Source: Promethearchaeota archaeon
Lineage (GTDB): Archaea > Asgardarchaeota > Lokiarchaeia > Sigyniarchaeales > SOKP01
DNA length: 64,000 bases
NCBI GenBank assembly: GCA_048937405.1
Contig: JBHLNF010000013.1
Coordinates: forward strand, 1-64,000
Direction of reading: 5' to 3'
The position numbers and the translations under genes are program-made. The notes under the pieces were generated by a model. The model was not told where the DNA came from, made no database searches, and saw nothing but the letters and a program-made list of their open reading frames with translations. The first letter of the stretch is position 1; every line of letters starts with the position of its first letter. Below, in pieces: positions 38,241 to 48,062 of this stretch.

Positions 38241-38335
38241 TCTTAAATCTATTTTAGAAATAAAATTTTATTAAAATTGAAAATTACTCATCATTCAAAA
38301 AAGTTTATGAAAAAAAAGAAATAGTATGAATGAAG

Positions 38336-39025
38336 TTATTCTTTTGGTTTCTTTTTATATGATGAGCCTTTTACTGCTTTAAATATACTAGCTATTACAG
38401 CTCCAGCTATGAATCCACCAACATGAGCAAAATGAGCTGTTTGTCCAATACTAAAGGGATCCATAATCGAAACTATAGCATAAGTTAACTCTGCGATAAA
38501 GTAAGTTATTATAAAATAACCAGCACCCACTCTTCGCATTCCTACTGTTCCTGGAAGATAAAATTTATTGCCGGGATAAAGTATTGCATACACAGCCAGT
38601 AATCCAAAAATAGCTCCAGAAGCACCCAAGGAGGGAATATCTGCCATTGAGATGGAACCCCATTCCGGAATAATTAATGTACTCAATGCATGAAGGAAAC
38701 TCCCAAATAATCCAGAAAGAAAATAAGTAAAGAGATATAACCAATGACCCATTGCATGCTCGCAATTATCAGTAATTACAAAAAAAAACCACATATTCAT
38801 AAGTATGTGTATAATATCTCCATGCATAAACATTGAAGTAAATAAAGTCCATAATTTTTGACCTGCAAAGAATTCAGAAGGAACAAATGCAGCATCCTCA
38901 ATATGCATATTACCTGTTGGATCTAACATCTGCCAGATAAATACAATAATATTTGCTATTAATATGATTACAGAAAAATATTGCTTAAAAAAGGGGATTC
39001 GATCACTTTCTGCTTCATAAACCAA
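38336..39025 (-). CDS. rhomboid intramembrane serine protease
   Basis: TSMFMHGDIIHILMNM, GASGAIFG, AHFAHVGGFIAG. Confidence 0.93.
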   Translation of the reverse strand: MVYEAESDRIPFFKQYFSVIILIANIIVFIWQMLDPTGNMHIEDAAFVPSEFFAGQKLWTLFTSMFMHGDIIHILMNMWFFFVITDNCEHAMGHWLYLFTYFLSGLFGSFLHALSTLIIPEWGSISMADIPSLGASGAIFGLLAVYAILYPGNKFYLPGTVGMRRVGAGYFIITYFIAELTYAIVSIMDPFSIGQTAHFAHVGGFIAGAVIASIFKAVKGSSYKKKPKE

Positions 39026-39177
39026 TTTTAATCACGTTTTTTTTTTAAAAAGTATAATATTTCAATTTCATTTATGATAGTATTTAATATTTTTTTGGAT
39101 AATTAATAAATCTAGATTGTAATTATAAAATTACATTGATAAAAAGATAATAAAATTAGTGAAATATTAGCGATTTT

Positions 39178-39558
39178 TTAATTCTTACTATCTAATATTT
39201 CTCTTATTCTTTCGAGGAGTTCTTTCCCAGAGAAAGGTTTAGTGATATAAGCATCAGCACCTAACTTTTTCCCTTTTTGAACATCCTCATTAAAACTTTT
39301 TACAGTAAATAATACAACAAGAATATTTTTAAATTTCTCATTGTTTTTAACTTCCTCTAGAACACTATAACCTGAACGTCCAGGCATCATTATGTCTAAT
39401 AGGATTAAATCAATATTATCATAGTTTTCTTCAACGATCTTCATAGCCTCTTTTGCATTATTACTTGTAAGTATATCAAAACCCCCTAATTTTAAGAATT
39501 TCTCAGTTAGATGAACAATATCTGGTTCGTCATCTACTACTAATATTTTGTGTGACAT
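39178..39558 (-). CDS. single-domain response regulator receiver
   Basis: ILVVDDE, LLDIMMP, FT, GADAYITKPF. Confidence 0.93.
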   Translation of the reverse strand: MSHKILVVDDEPDIVHLTEKFLKLGGFDILTSNNAKEAMKIVEENYDNIDLILLDIMMPGRSGYSVLEEVKNNEKFKNILVVLFTVKSFNEDVQKGKKLGADAYITKPFSGKELLERIREILDSKN

Positions 39559-39698
39559 CTTTGTACAAATCCTTACAATAATTTTATGTCTTTATATTGA
39601 ATATATAAAAACCTCTATATATAATTGAATTTAGTCATTTATATAAATCAGCTTATTTTTCACATTTGTGATCACGAATCGAAAAACAACTAATAGAA

Positions 39699-40358
39699 AT
39701 GGCAAGAAAGAATCAACTCCCAAAATTCCCCGATGATTACTTACTTGAAAAAGCAGAAGAGTATAATAATTCAAAATGGATGAAACGCAATCAAAACAGA
39801 ACTACTCTTCAGAGTATTAAATATCTTTATGATAAAAAATTAGAAGATGATAAAAAAACGGGGATAATAAAGAGAGAATCACCTTTAATTTTAGATTTAG
39901 GGTGTGGAACAGGCTTTTCATCAGAGATTTTAATTCAAAATGGTTTTCGAGTAATAGGAATTGATATTTCAGAAGATATGATATTAAAAGCAAGACAAAA
40001 AAAAAAAATTTTAAAAATCTATAATGATTTAGAATTAATTTTAGCAGATATTAACCATTTGCCTTTTAGAAGAAATAAAATCGATCATATTATCTCAATA
40101 TCATCATATAACTTCATAACATATGGATTAGAAAATTATGGTGAGAAATTTAAACTCCTTAATGATACAGCACAGAAGCTACATGAAATATTACAGAAAA
40201 ATGGAAGAATTGTAATTGAATTTTATCCTAAAGATGAGAGAGAATTGAAAATGTTTAATAAATCATTTATCAATAATAATTTTGAAGGATATATGGTAAA
40301 AAGTAACCCCAATCAAAAATCGGGTCAAACTTTTTTATTACTCAAGAAGAAGATGTAA
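39699..40358 (+). CDS. class I SAM methyltransferase resembling Bud23/WBSCR22
   Basis: ILDLGCGTG, GIDIS, LPFR, IISIS, EFYPK, NPNQKSGQTFLLL. Confidence 0.8.
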   Translation: MARKNQLPKFPDDYLLEKAEEYNNSKWMKRNQNRTTLQSIKYLYDKKLEDDKKTGIIKRESPLILDLGCGTGFSSEILIQNGFRVIGIDISEDMILKARQKKKILKIYNDLELILADINHLPFRRNKIDHIISISSYNFITYGLENYGEKFKLLNDTAQKLHEILQKNGRIVIEFYPKDERELKMFNKSFINNNFEGYMVKSNPNQKSGQTFLLLKKKM

Positions 40359-40360
40359 AA

Positions 40361-41431
40361 ATGGGAACTTGTAAATTTTGCGGGAAAACTGAAAAGGTGA
40401 TCTCAGATATTTTACAGGTGTGTAGAACGTGTATTTTAGAAGGAGATTGGGAAAAAATAAAACCTCATATATTAAATGTTCACAAACAAGTTCGTCAGCT
40501 GGTAAACCTTCCAGAAAAACCACCTAAGGCAGAACGACCGAATATCAAATTAAAATGTAATCTATGCATTAATGAATGTTCTTTATCTGAAAATGACGTG
40601 AGTTATTGTGGTTTGAGAAATATTCAACTTAGAAATTCAGGTGAACTACCATATCCTTCAAAATCGAAAGGATATATTCATGGGTATATAGATCCAAATC
40701 CTACAAATTGTTGCAATAGTTGGTTTTGTCCAGCAGGAACTCCAGCAGGTTATCCAGAATATTCAGATTTCGATAGTGCAGAATTTGGGACATATAGTTA
40801 TGCGGTATTTTTATATGGATGTTCCTATAATTGTCTAAGCTGTCAAAACTTTTCTCATAAATTTTTTTCAAAAAAGCATTTATTTGACGTTGAGACTTTG
40901 TCGAGTCAAATTGTAAAAAACAAGAAGATTACATGTTTATGTTATTTTGGAGGTACTCCTGAAGTTCAACTACCCTTTTCAATTAATTTAGCTGAGAATA
41001 TTATTGAAAAAATTGAAAAATTAGGAGAAAAAAGAATAATGAGGATTTGCTGGGAATGGAATGGCACTGGAAACAGAGAATGGGTGGAAAAATGCATGCA
41101 AATTGCTATAAAAACTGGAGGAAATATTAAGTTTGATTTAAAAACATTTAATGAAAAATTAAATCTTGCTCTATGTGGTATACCTAACAAAAGAACTTTA
41201 AACAACTTTCAATTTCTGGCTGAGAATTATTTTGGTACCAGAAAAGGTTTACTAGAGATGAGTGCGTGTACATTATTGGTTCCCGGGTATATAAATCACA
41301 AAGAAGTAGAAAAAATAGCTAATTTTATCAGTTCTATTAATAGTGAAATTCCTTACAGTTTATTAATATTTCATGGAGATTATCAAATGCGAGATTTAGG
41401 AATCACACCCCGCCCCGTAAACAAGCCTTAA
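40361..41431 (+). CDS. radical SAM protein (PFL-activating-enzyme/AmmeMemoRadiSam-like); C-terminus frameshifted
   Basis: CSYNCLSCQN, GGTP, WEWNG, KFDLK, TLLVPGY. The expected tail (..LKNVHLGN..) lies in another frame to 41505, after a CCCCG duplication. Confidence 0.85.
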   Translation: MGTCKFCGKTEKVISDILQVCRTCILEGDWEKIKPHILNVHKQVRQLVNLPEKPPKAERPNIKLKCNLCINECSLSENDVSYCGLRNIQLRNSGELPYPSKSKGYIHGYIDPNPTNCCNSWFCPAGTPAGYPEYSDFDSAEFGTYSYAVFLYGCSYNCLSCQNFSHKFFSKKHLFDVETLSSQIVKNKKITCLCYFGGTPEVQLPFSINLAENIIEKIEKLGEKRIMRICWEWNGTGNREWVEKCMQIAIKTGGNIKFDLKTFNEKLNLALCGIPNKRTLNNFQFLAENYFGTRKGLLEMSACTLLVPGYINHKEVEKIANFISSINSEIPYSLLIFHGDYQMRDLGITPRPVNKP

Positions 41432-41614
41432 AATGCTTGGATGTTGCTAATAAATATCTAAAAAATGTGCATTTAGGGAATAAATTTTTATTGGGATTTT
41501 CTTGAAATTATTTGAATTGCTCTTTATCAATTCTATAATAAAATTTATTTAATAGGAATAATTTCGATAACACAGCAAACGTGATTTTAAATAAATTTTC
41601 GTGGTGAGTGAAAA

Positions 41615-41920
41615 ATACAAAAAGCACGCATACGGTTGTCATCTACTCAATTAAATGCATTACAATCAGTATGCGAACAAGTTCAAGCGGTATGTAGTTC
41701 TCAAGGAATTCGAAAGAATGGACCTATCCCACTCCCTACCAAACGATTACGTGTTCCTGTTAGAAAAGCTCCTTCTGGGCAAGGTACTGCAACTTGGGCA
41801 AAATTTGAGATGCGTATTCATAAACGTTTATTTGAAATTATTGCTAATGAGAGAAGCATGCATCTTATTATGAAGATTCAGATTCCTGAATCAGTATTAG
41901 TAGAAATTGAATTAATGTAA
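41615..41920 (+). CDS. rpsJ: 30S ribosomal protein uS10
   Basis: GPIPLPTKRL, RKAPSGQGTATW, MRIHKRL. Conserved N-terminus (M)QKARIRLSS starts at ATA 41615 after GGTGA. Confidence 0.95.
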   Translation: MQKARIRLSSTQLNALQSVCEQVQAVCSSQGIRKNGPIPLPTKRLRVPVRKAPSGQGTATWAKFEMRIHKRLFEIIANERSMHLIMKIQIPESVLVEIELM

Positions 41921-41945
41921 AACTATTTCTCACAATAAATTCTGA

Positions 41946-42707
41946 TTATAACACCCCTAAATCAATTTGAGTTGGTTCATTAGCCAATTTTGCTTTTTTA
42001 TCGATCTGAATACTATTAACATAATAGATGTTCCCTAAAATCTCAGATCCTTGACCAATTGCAACGTCTTTACCTTTGATATCTCCTTCTACACGGGTTT
42101 TAATTATATCGACGTTCTTTTTAGCTAATATACTCCCTTGTATTTTATAATGCTGTTTTTTTATTTTTTCCCTTGAAATTCCAAAAAAAATGTTTTCGGC
42201 AATAATATTTCCTCCAATACTAGTAGTTCCATCAATAGAAATTTTTTTTTCAGAAGCTAGATTCCCATTTATTTCTGAAGAACCAGAAAAATTTATTCCT
42301 TGATCTCCTCTAACAAAATGTCCTGCCTTAAAATTTCCTGAAACTATTAAAGATCCTTGAATATTTATCACATTTCCTATTTCTGTTGACCCAGAAAAAT
42401 CAGCTTCTCCATCTCCAACAAGAAACCCCGCAATATTCAATGAACCCGAGCTACTAATATCCCCATGTACAGTTAAATTCCCGGATCCCTTTATCATTCC
42501 ATTTGAAGTTAAACCGTTGCATTCTAAATCTCCATTAATTGTTCCTGAACCTGAAATTCGAAGAGATTTATTAATTTTTCCTCCTGAGATTTTAGCAGAT
42601 CCAGAAGCACTAATATGTTCCTCAAATTCCATTAAATCTCCAGAGCTAGTTATCACAGCTCTTTTTTTATCTTGCTTAATGGAATTATCTTCATTTTTTT
42701 TAATCAT
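41946..42707 (-). CDS. polymer-forming (bactofilin-like) beta-helix protein
   Basis: Repeated ISGSGTINGDL / V.GDI...G / I.GNI.A units. Confidence 0.8.
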   Translation of the reverse strand: MIKKNEDNSIKQDKKRAVITSSGDLMEFEEHISASGSAKISGGKINKSLRISGSGTINGDLECNGLTSNGMIKGSGNLTVHGDISSSGSLNIAGFLVGDGEADFSGSTEIGNVINIQGSLIVSGNFKAGHFVRGDQGINFSGSSEINGNLASEKKISIDGTTSIGGNIIAENIFFGISREKIKKQHYKIQGSILAKKNVDIIKTRVEGDIKGKDVAIGQGSEILGNIYYVNSIQIDKKAKLANEPTQIDLGVL

Positions 42708-42890
42708 AATAATTCGCTTGTAAAAACTATTTAGTATTAAATAACCACAATTTTTTTAAAACTTTTTCCCTTTTCTAGAAATTTTTGCAAAAAATAGCTT
42801 TTTAATTACTCAGATTTAAATCAATATATGATAATATTTTTAGTGAATAAACACGATTTTGCTTGAAATATGTTTTATGAGTGAGTTAAA

Positions 42891-43616
42891 TTGGCTGATT
42901 TTCACATAAAAACCTTTTATGGACATAAAAAAAGTTTAAGAGTTTCAAGTCCATCTAAACAAGCTCCTTATATTTTTTTAAGTTGTATATATAGAAAGGA
43001 TGATGGGTCATGGGAGAAACTTTCTGAAGGAGAAGGAAAGACAGTACGACTATCTATTGAGGAGATTATTTGTATTTTAGAAGTTCTTTATAGAAGAAGT
43101 GCAAATTGGAGAGGATATCATATTTTTCATGACCGGAAAACAGAGATTTATGTTGGATGGGAAGATGAATCTCGTCAAATCTTACGGATTCAAATAGGCG
43201 AATATATAAAGAAACTTCAATTTCCAAATCTAAATTTGATGACATTACTTTTAGATCATATCCTTAAGGAAAAAATCGAATTTGCTACAAGTGGTAGTTA
43301 TGAAACCAACACAATGCAAAAAGTAGAAATTGATGAGGAAGCTGAATTTGGACTTTTGACAGAACATAAAATTGACAGAGATGGTTTGCATATTGTAGAA
43401 ACTACAGAGTATAGTACATCAAAAAGTACAGTTGAAATTAAAGCTAAAATAAAGGCTGAAAGTCCTAAAGCTTTGTTGATTACCTTACAATCTGGAGAGG
43501 AGTTTTGGATACCAAAGAGCACGTTAAAATCTGATTATGATGTTAATCAAAAAAGTAAACTTCAAAAATTTATTGTAGATAAATGGATCATTGAAAAAAA
43601 TAAAATTATAAAATGA
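42891..43616 (+). CDS. hypothetical protein, possible ssDNA-binding domains
   Basis: 241 aa; beta-rich N-terminus and C-terminal ESPKALLI...FWIPKS module. Confidence 0.7.
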   Translation: MADFHIKTFYGHKKSLRVSSPSKQAPYIFLSCIYRKDDGSWEKLSEGEGKTVRLSIEEIICILEVLYRRSANWRGYHIFHDRKTEIYVGWEDESRQILRIQIGEYIKKLQFPNLNLMTLLLDHILKEKIEFATSGSYETNTMQKVEIDEEAEFGLLTEHKIDRDGLHIVETTEYSTSKSTVEIKAKIKAESPKALLITLQSGEEFWIPKSTLKSDYDVNQKSKLQKFIVDKWIIEKNKIIK

Positions 43617-44872
43617 AAGACCTTAATCATAATCTAAGAATTTATGAAAATCCAATATTCTTGAACCTTTTTCTGTTAATTGTCAATATAATCTTCTTTA
43701 TTTTAAAATTAATATTTTCATCTCTAACTCATAGTATAGCGCTTCGAGCTGACGCTTTTGATACACTCACAGATATAGTTATGGTATTTGCGGCTTTTAT
43801 AGGGTTTCTATATTCCAAAAAAAAACCTAATGAGAAATTTCCTTATGGTTATTATAAAATTGAAAATATTATTAGTTTGTTCATTTCATTGTTCATTTTT
43901 TATACAGCTTATAATATCATTCTGCAAACTTTTCAAGATTTCATTAATATTACTCAAGGTGATTTTAGAATTATAAGAATCTCGCTCTTATCTATGATCT
44001 TTTTGATAATTTCTCTCATAGTATCTTTAATCATAACTTTCTATTTAAGATTAGTTGGAAAAAAAACTAATTCGCCCGTAATTACGTCAGAAGCAAGTGA
44101 AAAATTCTATGATAATATAATTTCATTATCTGTCTTAATGGGATTTATAGGCTCTGCTTTTAATCTTTACTTTTTAGATTCAATTATCGGACTGATTATT
44201 ACCATTTTTATAATTAAAGGTGGTTTTGATATTTTCTTAAACTCTACAAAAGTTTTACTTGATGCGGTGATAGATTTTGAGAAAAGAACTGAACTTAATA
44301 ATATGATAAATAGTTTCCCGAAGATTAAAAAAATAGAGAGTTTAAATGTAAGAGCCTATGGAAAATACATATTTTTAGAAATAAGTATTAGTTTAAATAA
44401 AGATCTTTCTCTAATTCAAGTCCAATCGTTAAAAAATCAATTAATATTTAAAATAAAAGAAAAATATCCACAAATTTTCAAAGTGTTGATCTTAATTCAA
44501 ACTCAACAGAATCCTATAACTAAAGTGTCGGTTCCATTAATCGATAATAGTGGGTTATATTCTAAATTATCCGAACATTTTGGTGAAGCTCTTTATTTTG
44601 CTTTGTTAGAAATTAAGGAAAATGATAAAGAGAGACGATTATTAAATTATAATATCTTTAATAATCGATATATAAATGAAGAGAAGAGAAAAGGAATCTT
44701 AATTTCAGATTGGCTAATCTCAATGAAAATAGATAAAATTTATTTAAAGAAGGAGTTAAAGATTGGGCCTAATTTGATTTTTGAAAAAAGTTTTATTCAA
44801 ATCGTAATAACACCTTATAATGAATTAAGCGAAATAATAGACTATGAATTAAATTATGTAAATTCTTCATAA
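43613..44872 (+). CDS. cation diffusion facilitator with C-terminal NifB/NifX-like domain
   Basis: SIALRADAFDTLTD, FPYGYYKIE, LLDA; tail LSEHFGEALYF. Confidence 0.87.
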   Translation: MKDLNHNLRIYENPIFLNLFLLIVNIIFFILKLIFSSLTHSIALRADAFDTLTDIVMVFAAFIGFLYSKKKPNEKFPYGYYKIENIISLFISLFIFYTAYNIILQTFQDFINITQGDFRIIRISLLSMIFLIISLIVSLIITFYLRLVGKKTNSPVITSEASEKFYDNIISLSVLMGFIGSAFNLYFLDSIIGLIITIFIIKGGFDIFLNSTKVLLDAVIDFEKRTELNNMINSFPKIKKIESLNVRAYGKYIFLEISISLNKDLSLIQVQSLKNQLIFKIKEKYPQIFKVLILIQTQQNPITKVSVPLIDNSGLYSKLSEHFGEALYFALLEIKENDKERRLLNYNIFNNRYINEEKRKGILISDWLISMKIDKIYLKKELKIGPNLIFEKSFIQIVITPYNELSEIIDYELNYVNSS

Positions 44873-44927
44873 AAATTATTTATTAATTTGGATATGTTTC
44901 TGTAATCAAAAATAAAATCTGATCTTA

Positions 44928-45758
44928 ATGGAATATAATATAAATTTTTTAAAGCAGCTTGTTATAAGTGTATATGATACAATAAAGCCATTATTAGGAT
45001 CAAAACAAGCAGCGAAAAAGTCAAAAAGAGGCGCAGGAGGAGATGTTTCGATGTATATTGATCTTGTTGCTGAAAATACTATTATTGAATTCTTAGAAGA
45101 TAAAAATGCTAATCTATTATTGATAAGTGAAGAAATTGGAGAAAGATATATCGGAGATGAAGAGATTGCAAGGAAAAAAAAAAATGTACTAATAGTTGAT
45201 CCTATTGATGGATCAAATAATGCTATTAGAGGTATCCCTTTCTGTTCAGTTTCTATTGCTTATGCGATTGGAGATAATGTTAATGATATAAAAAGAGCGG
45301 TAGTACTTGACTTGACTACAAAAGACATCTATTGGGCAGAAAAAGGAAAAGGCTCCTATTTGAATGGTTCAAGAATCTATGTTTCTAATCTTGAAATACC
45401 AAAAGAGTGTTTTTTTGAACTAAATCTTCCTATGAAAGACCTAATAAAGAATTTGAATATACTAGATCCACTCATAAGAAAATTTTACAAAATTCGAATA
45501 TTAGGCAGTAGTGCTTTATCCCTATGTCAAATTGCTAAAGGTAGCATGGATATATTTATTAACATGAGAAAAAGTAATCGATTAGTTGATGTAGCAGCAG
45601 GTATCTTAATTTTAAAAGAAGCGGGAGGAAGGATTTTTTCTCTTGATGGGGCGGAAATAAAAAATCCCTTATCGATTAATGAAAAATTTCCGTTTATTGC
45701 TTGTAATGCTAAGTTAGAATTATTTCTAAAAGAGGAATTTATAAACAAAAAGAAATGA
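44928..45758 (+). CDS. suhB: inositol monophosphatase/FBPase
   Basis: GAGGD, ISEE, VDPIDGSNN, RILGSSAL, DVAAGILILKEAGG. Confidence 0.92.
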   Translation: MEYNINFLKQLVISVYDTIKPLLGSKQAAKKSKRGAGGDVSMYIDLVAENTIIEFLEDKNANLLLISEEIGERYIGDEEIARKKKNVLIVDPIDGSNNAIRGIPFCSVSIAYAIGDNVNDIKRAVVLDLTTKDIYWAEKGKGSYLNGSRIYVSNLEIPKECFFELNLPMKDLIKNLNILDPLIRKFYKIRILGSSALSLCQIAKGSMDIFINMRKSNRLVDVAAGILILKEAGGRIFSLDGAEIKNPLSINEKFPFIACNAKLELFLKEEFINKKK

Positions 45759-45805
45759 GGCTCTAAATATTTTGGAAAATCAAAAAAGTATGTAATTTTT
45801 AATTT

Positions 45806-46411
45806 ATGACTGAATTAAAACGTTTGAATAGGGAATTTTTCAGTAAAAACACAGAACTTGTTGCGAAAGAATTATTAGGCAATTACTTAGTACGAAAAAC
45901 AGAAAGAGGACAATTGATTGGTAAAATTATTGAAGTAGAAGCCTATCTTGGACCACATGATAAAGCAAGTCATTCTTATAATTATAAAAAAACAGAGAGA
46001 ACAAAAATTATGTATAAGAAACCAGGAACTTTATATATTTATCTGATATATGGCTTATATTATTGTTTAAACGTGATAACTGAGCCAAAAGAAATACCTT
46101 GTGCTGTATTAATTAGAAAACTATATCCTATTGATGGAATTGACTTAATGATGGAAAATAGGAAAGTAAGGATTGGAAAAAAATTTAAAAATCTAGTAGA
46201 TGGACCAGGTAAGCTCTGTACAGCTTTAAATATAACCAAGGATATTTTCAATGGTAAAGATTCGTGTAGCTCTAGCTCAAAACTATATTTTACTCAAGGA
46301 GAGAAATCACAAAACAAAAAAATCATATTAAATAAGAGAATTAGCATAGATTATGCCGAGGAAGATAAAGATCGATTATTAAGGTTTACTTTAGAAAATG
46401 AAATCTTATGA
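45806..46411 (+). CDS. mpg: DNA-3-methyladenine glycosylase (AAG/MPG family)
   Basis: VAKELLG, IIEVEAYLG..DKASH, YLIYG.YYCLNV, AVLIR, GPGKLC. Confidence 0.93.
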   Translation: MTELKRLNREFFSKNTELVAKELLGNYLVRKTERGQLIGKIIEVEAYLGPHDKASHSYNYKKTERTKIMYKKPGTLYIYLIYGLYYCLNVITEPKEIPCAVLIRKLYPIDGIDLMMENRKVRIGKKFKNLVDGPGKLCTALNITKDIFNGKDSCSSSSKLYFTQGEKSQNKKIILNKRISIDYAEEDKDRLLRFTLENEIL

Positions 46412-46545
46412 TTTCTATTTTACTTAAAGTTGACATTAATGGATAAATTTATATATGTGTATTTGTGATTTTTTCTTGTAATTTAGGGTATAAGGAAATT
46501 ATGGTTTAAATAACAAAAATGTAATTTATTTTACGAGGTGATTTT

Positions 46546-46998
46546 ATCACTAGGGATGCTTTAAAATTTTTTCAAGCATATATTAAAGAGATGATTGATA
46601 TAGGTGGTGAAAATTTACCAAAAGCAATTTCTACTAAATCTGGTGCAAAGTTAGGTAAATTATATAAAAAAATGGGAAAACCTTCAAATATTGGAACTAC
46701 TTTAAAACAACTTTATTCTGTTCTAAATGGAAAACCAGTATTAAATCAACTAGATGAAAATACTTATGAAGTAATCATAAAATATCCTAAGAAATTTTGT
46801 CCAATTGGAGGTTCCTACAATCCCTCTAGAGCTTCAATCTTTCAAGAGAATATCTGTATTCCTTATACAAGAGGGTTCTTGAATGAATTATTTCCCCAAT
46901 TTATTACTGAATCAGAAATATTAAAATGCATTCCGCAAAATAATGATAAAAGTTGTTATTACATTTTAAAGGTTAAAAAAAAAGAAAATATAGTTTAA
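46546..46998 (+). CDS. V4R/metanogen-output-like domain protein (paralog 1)
   Basis: FCPIGG, ICIPYT, KC..C motifs. Homology to paralog 2 (DALKFFQAYI) extends upstream of the ATG at 46591 to an ATC at 46546 after GAGGTGA. Confidence 0.8.
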   Translation: MTRDALKFFQAYIKEMIDIGGENLPKAISTKSGAKLGKLYKKMGKPSNIGTTLKQLYSVLNGKPVLNQLDENTYEVIIKYPKKFCPIGGSYNPSRASIFQENICIPYTRGFLNELFPQFITESEILKCIPQNNDKSCYYILKVKKKENIV

Positions 46999-47203
46999 AT
47001 ATAACATAATTATCACGAACCTAATATCTTTGGGATAAAATACTTGTACATCCTAAATCAGATTTTAGTTTTTTCAAAAAAATTTAAGCTCCTTGTATAG
47101 ATGATTTATTGCTAAATAAATAATTCTTATAACAATTCTTAAATACTTTAACATTGAGATTTATTTATCTTTTAACTTAAGTACAAATTTATCTTTAACA
47201 AAG

Positions 47204-47662
47204 ATGTCAAAAAACAAAGATGCCTTAAAATTCTTCCAAGCATATATTAATGAGATGATTGATGTAGGAGGTGTAAATCTTCCTAAATCGATTTCTGCTA
47301 GTCTAGGTGCCAAATTAGGAAAATTATTAAAAAATCGTGGAATTGAGGGCGTAGAAAATAATTTAAAACAAATATATAATGCTCTCAATGCTAAAACTCA
47401 AATTAAAAATATAGATAATAATACTTTAGAAATTACGATAAGTCACGCTTCAAATTTCTGTCCAATTGGGGGAAAGCTTAATCCAGAACGTGCTGAACTC
47501 ATTCGAAATACAATCTGTATACCCTATACTAGGGCAATATTGAATACTGCTAATCCTGAAATTATATATGATATCAAAACGATAGAATGCATTCTTGAAT
47601 CAAATAATAAAAACTGCGTGTATCAATTGATAAAAAAATCAGAAAATAATAAAATCGGATGA
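47204..47662 (+). CDS. V4R/metanogen-output-like domain protein (paralog 2)
   Basis: DALKFFQAYINEMIDVGG.NLPK, FCPIGG, ICIPYT, ECI...C. Confidence 0.8.
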   Translation: MSKNKDALKFFQAYINEMIDVGGVNLPKSISASLGAKLGKLLKNRGIEGVENNLKQIYNALNAKTQIKNIDNNTLEITISHASNFCPIGGKLNPERAELIRNTICIPYTRAILNTANPEIIYDIKTIECILESNNKNCVYQLIKKSENNKIG

Positions 47663-47676
47663 TGAAAGTTTAAAAA

Positions 47677-47988
47677 ACCTGAACCTCGACATCAATCCTA
47701 ATATTATGACCAAATTATCTCATATCCCTCCACTGCCTTAACCATGAAGCGTGAACACCTATAGTTACGGTTGCTCCATCCCTGGCCTAACCGGTTTTCT
47801 AATTACGAGCTTATACCTCTCCTACAAAAGATACTGCTCTGATACCCACCATCATGGGGACAGCTTCGCCAGAATATAAGATTGGATAATATTACTCATG
47901 AAATCTAAATTCAGGCAATTTCCACTGTGAGCATTTTGTGGTCCACCCAGCATGGGGATTCAAGCATTGCCCAACTTGCTCACTGAAT
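47677..47988 (-). ncRNA. ffs: signal recognition particle RNA (7S)
   Basis: Helix 8 AACCGGTTAGGCCA-GGGA-TGGAGCAACCG (SRP54 site); helix 6 GAGC..TATCTTTT-GTAG-GAGAGGTATA..GCTC; CCTGAATTT/GAGGTTCAGG long-range pairing; about 310 nt, GC-rich. Confidence 0.92.
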
Positions 47989-48062
47989 TTAAATTATTAT
48001 TAAAATTTAAATTTATATTTTTATGAAAGACTATTACATTTCTTTTATGGTATCATAAATTA

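Noticed and set aside
47659-47684. ATGATGA...CTGA C/D-like boxes
   Set aside because: Only one short unit, overlapping a stop codon and the antisense SRP 3' end, with no terminal stem.
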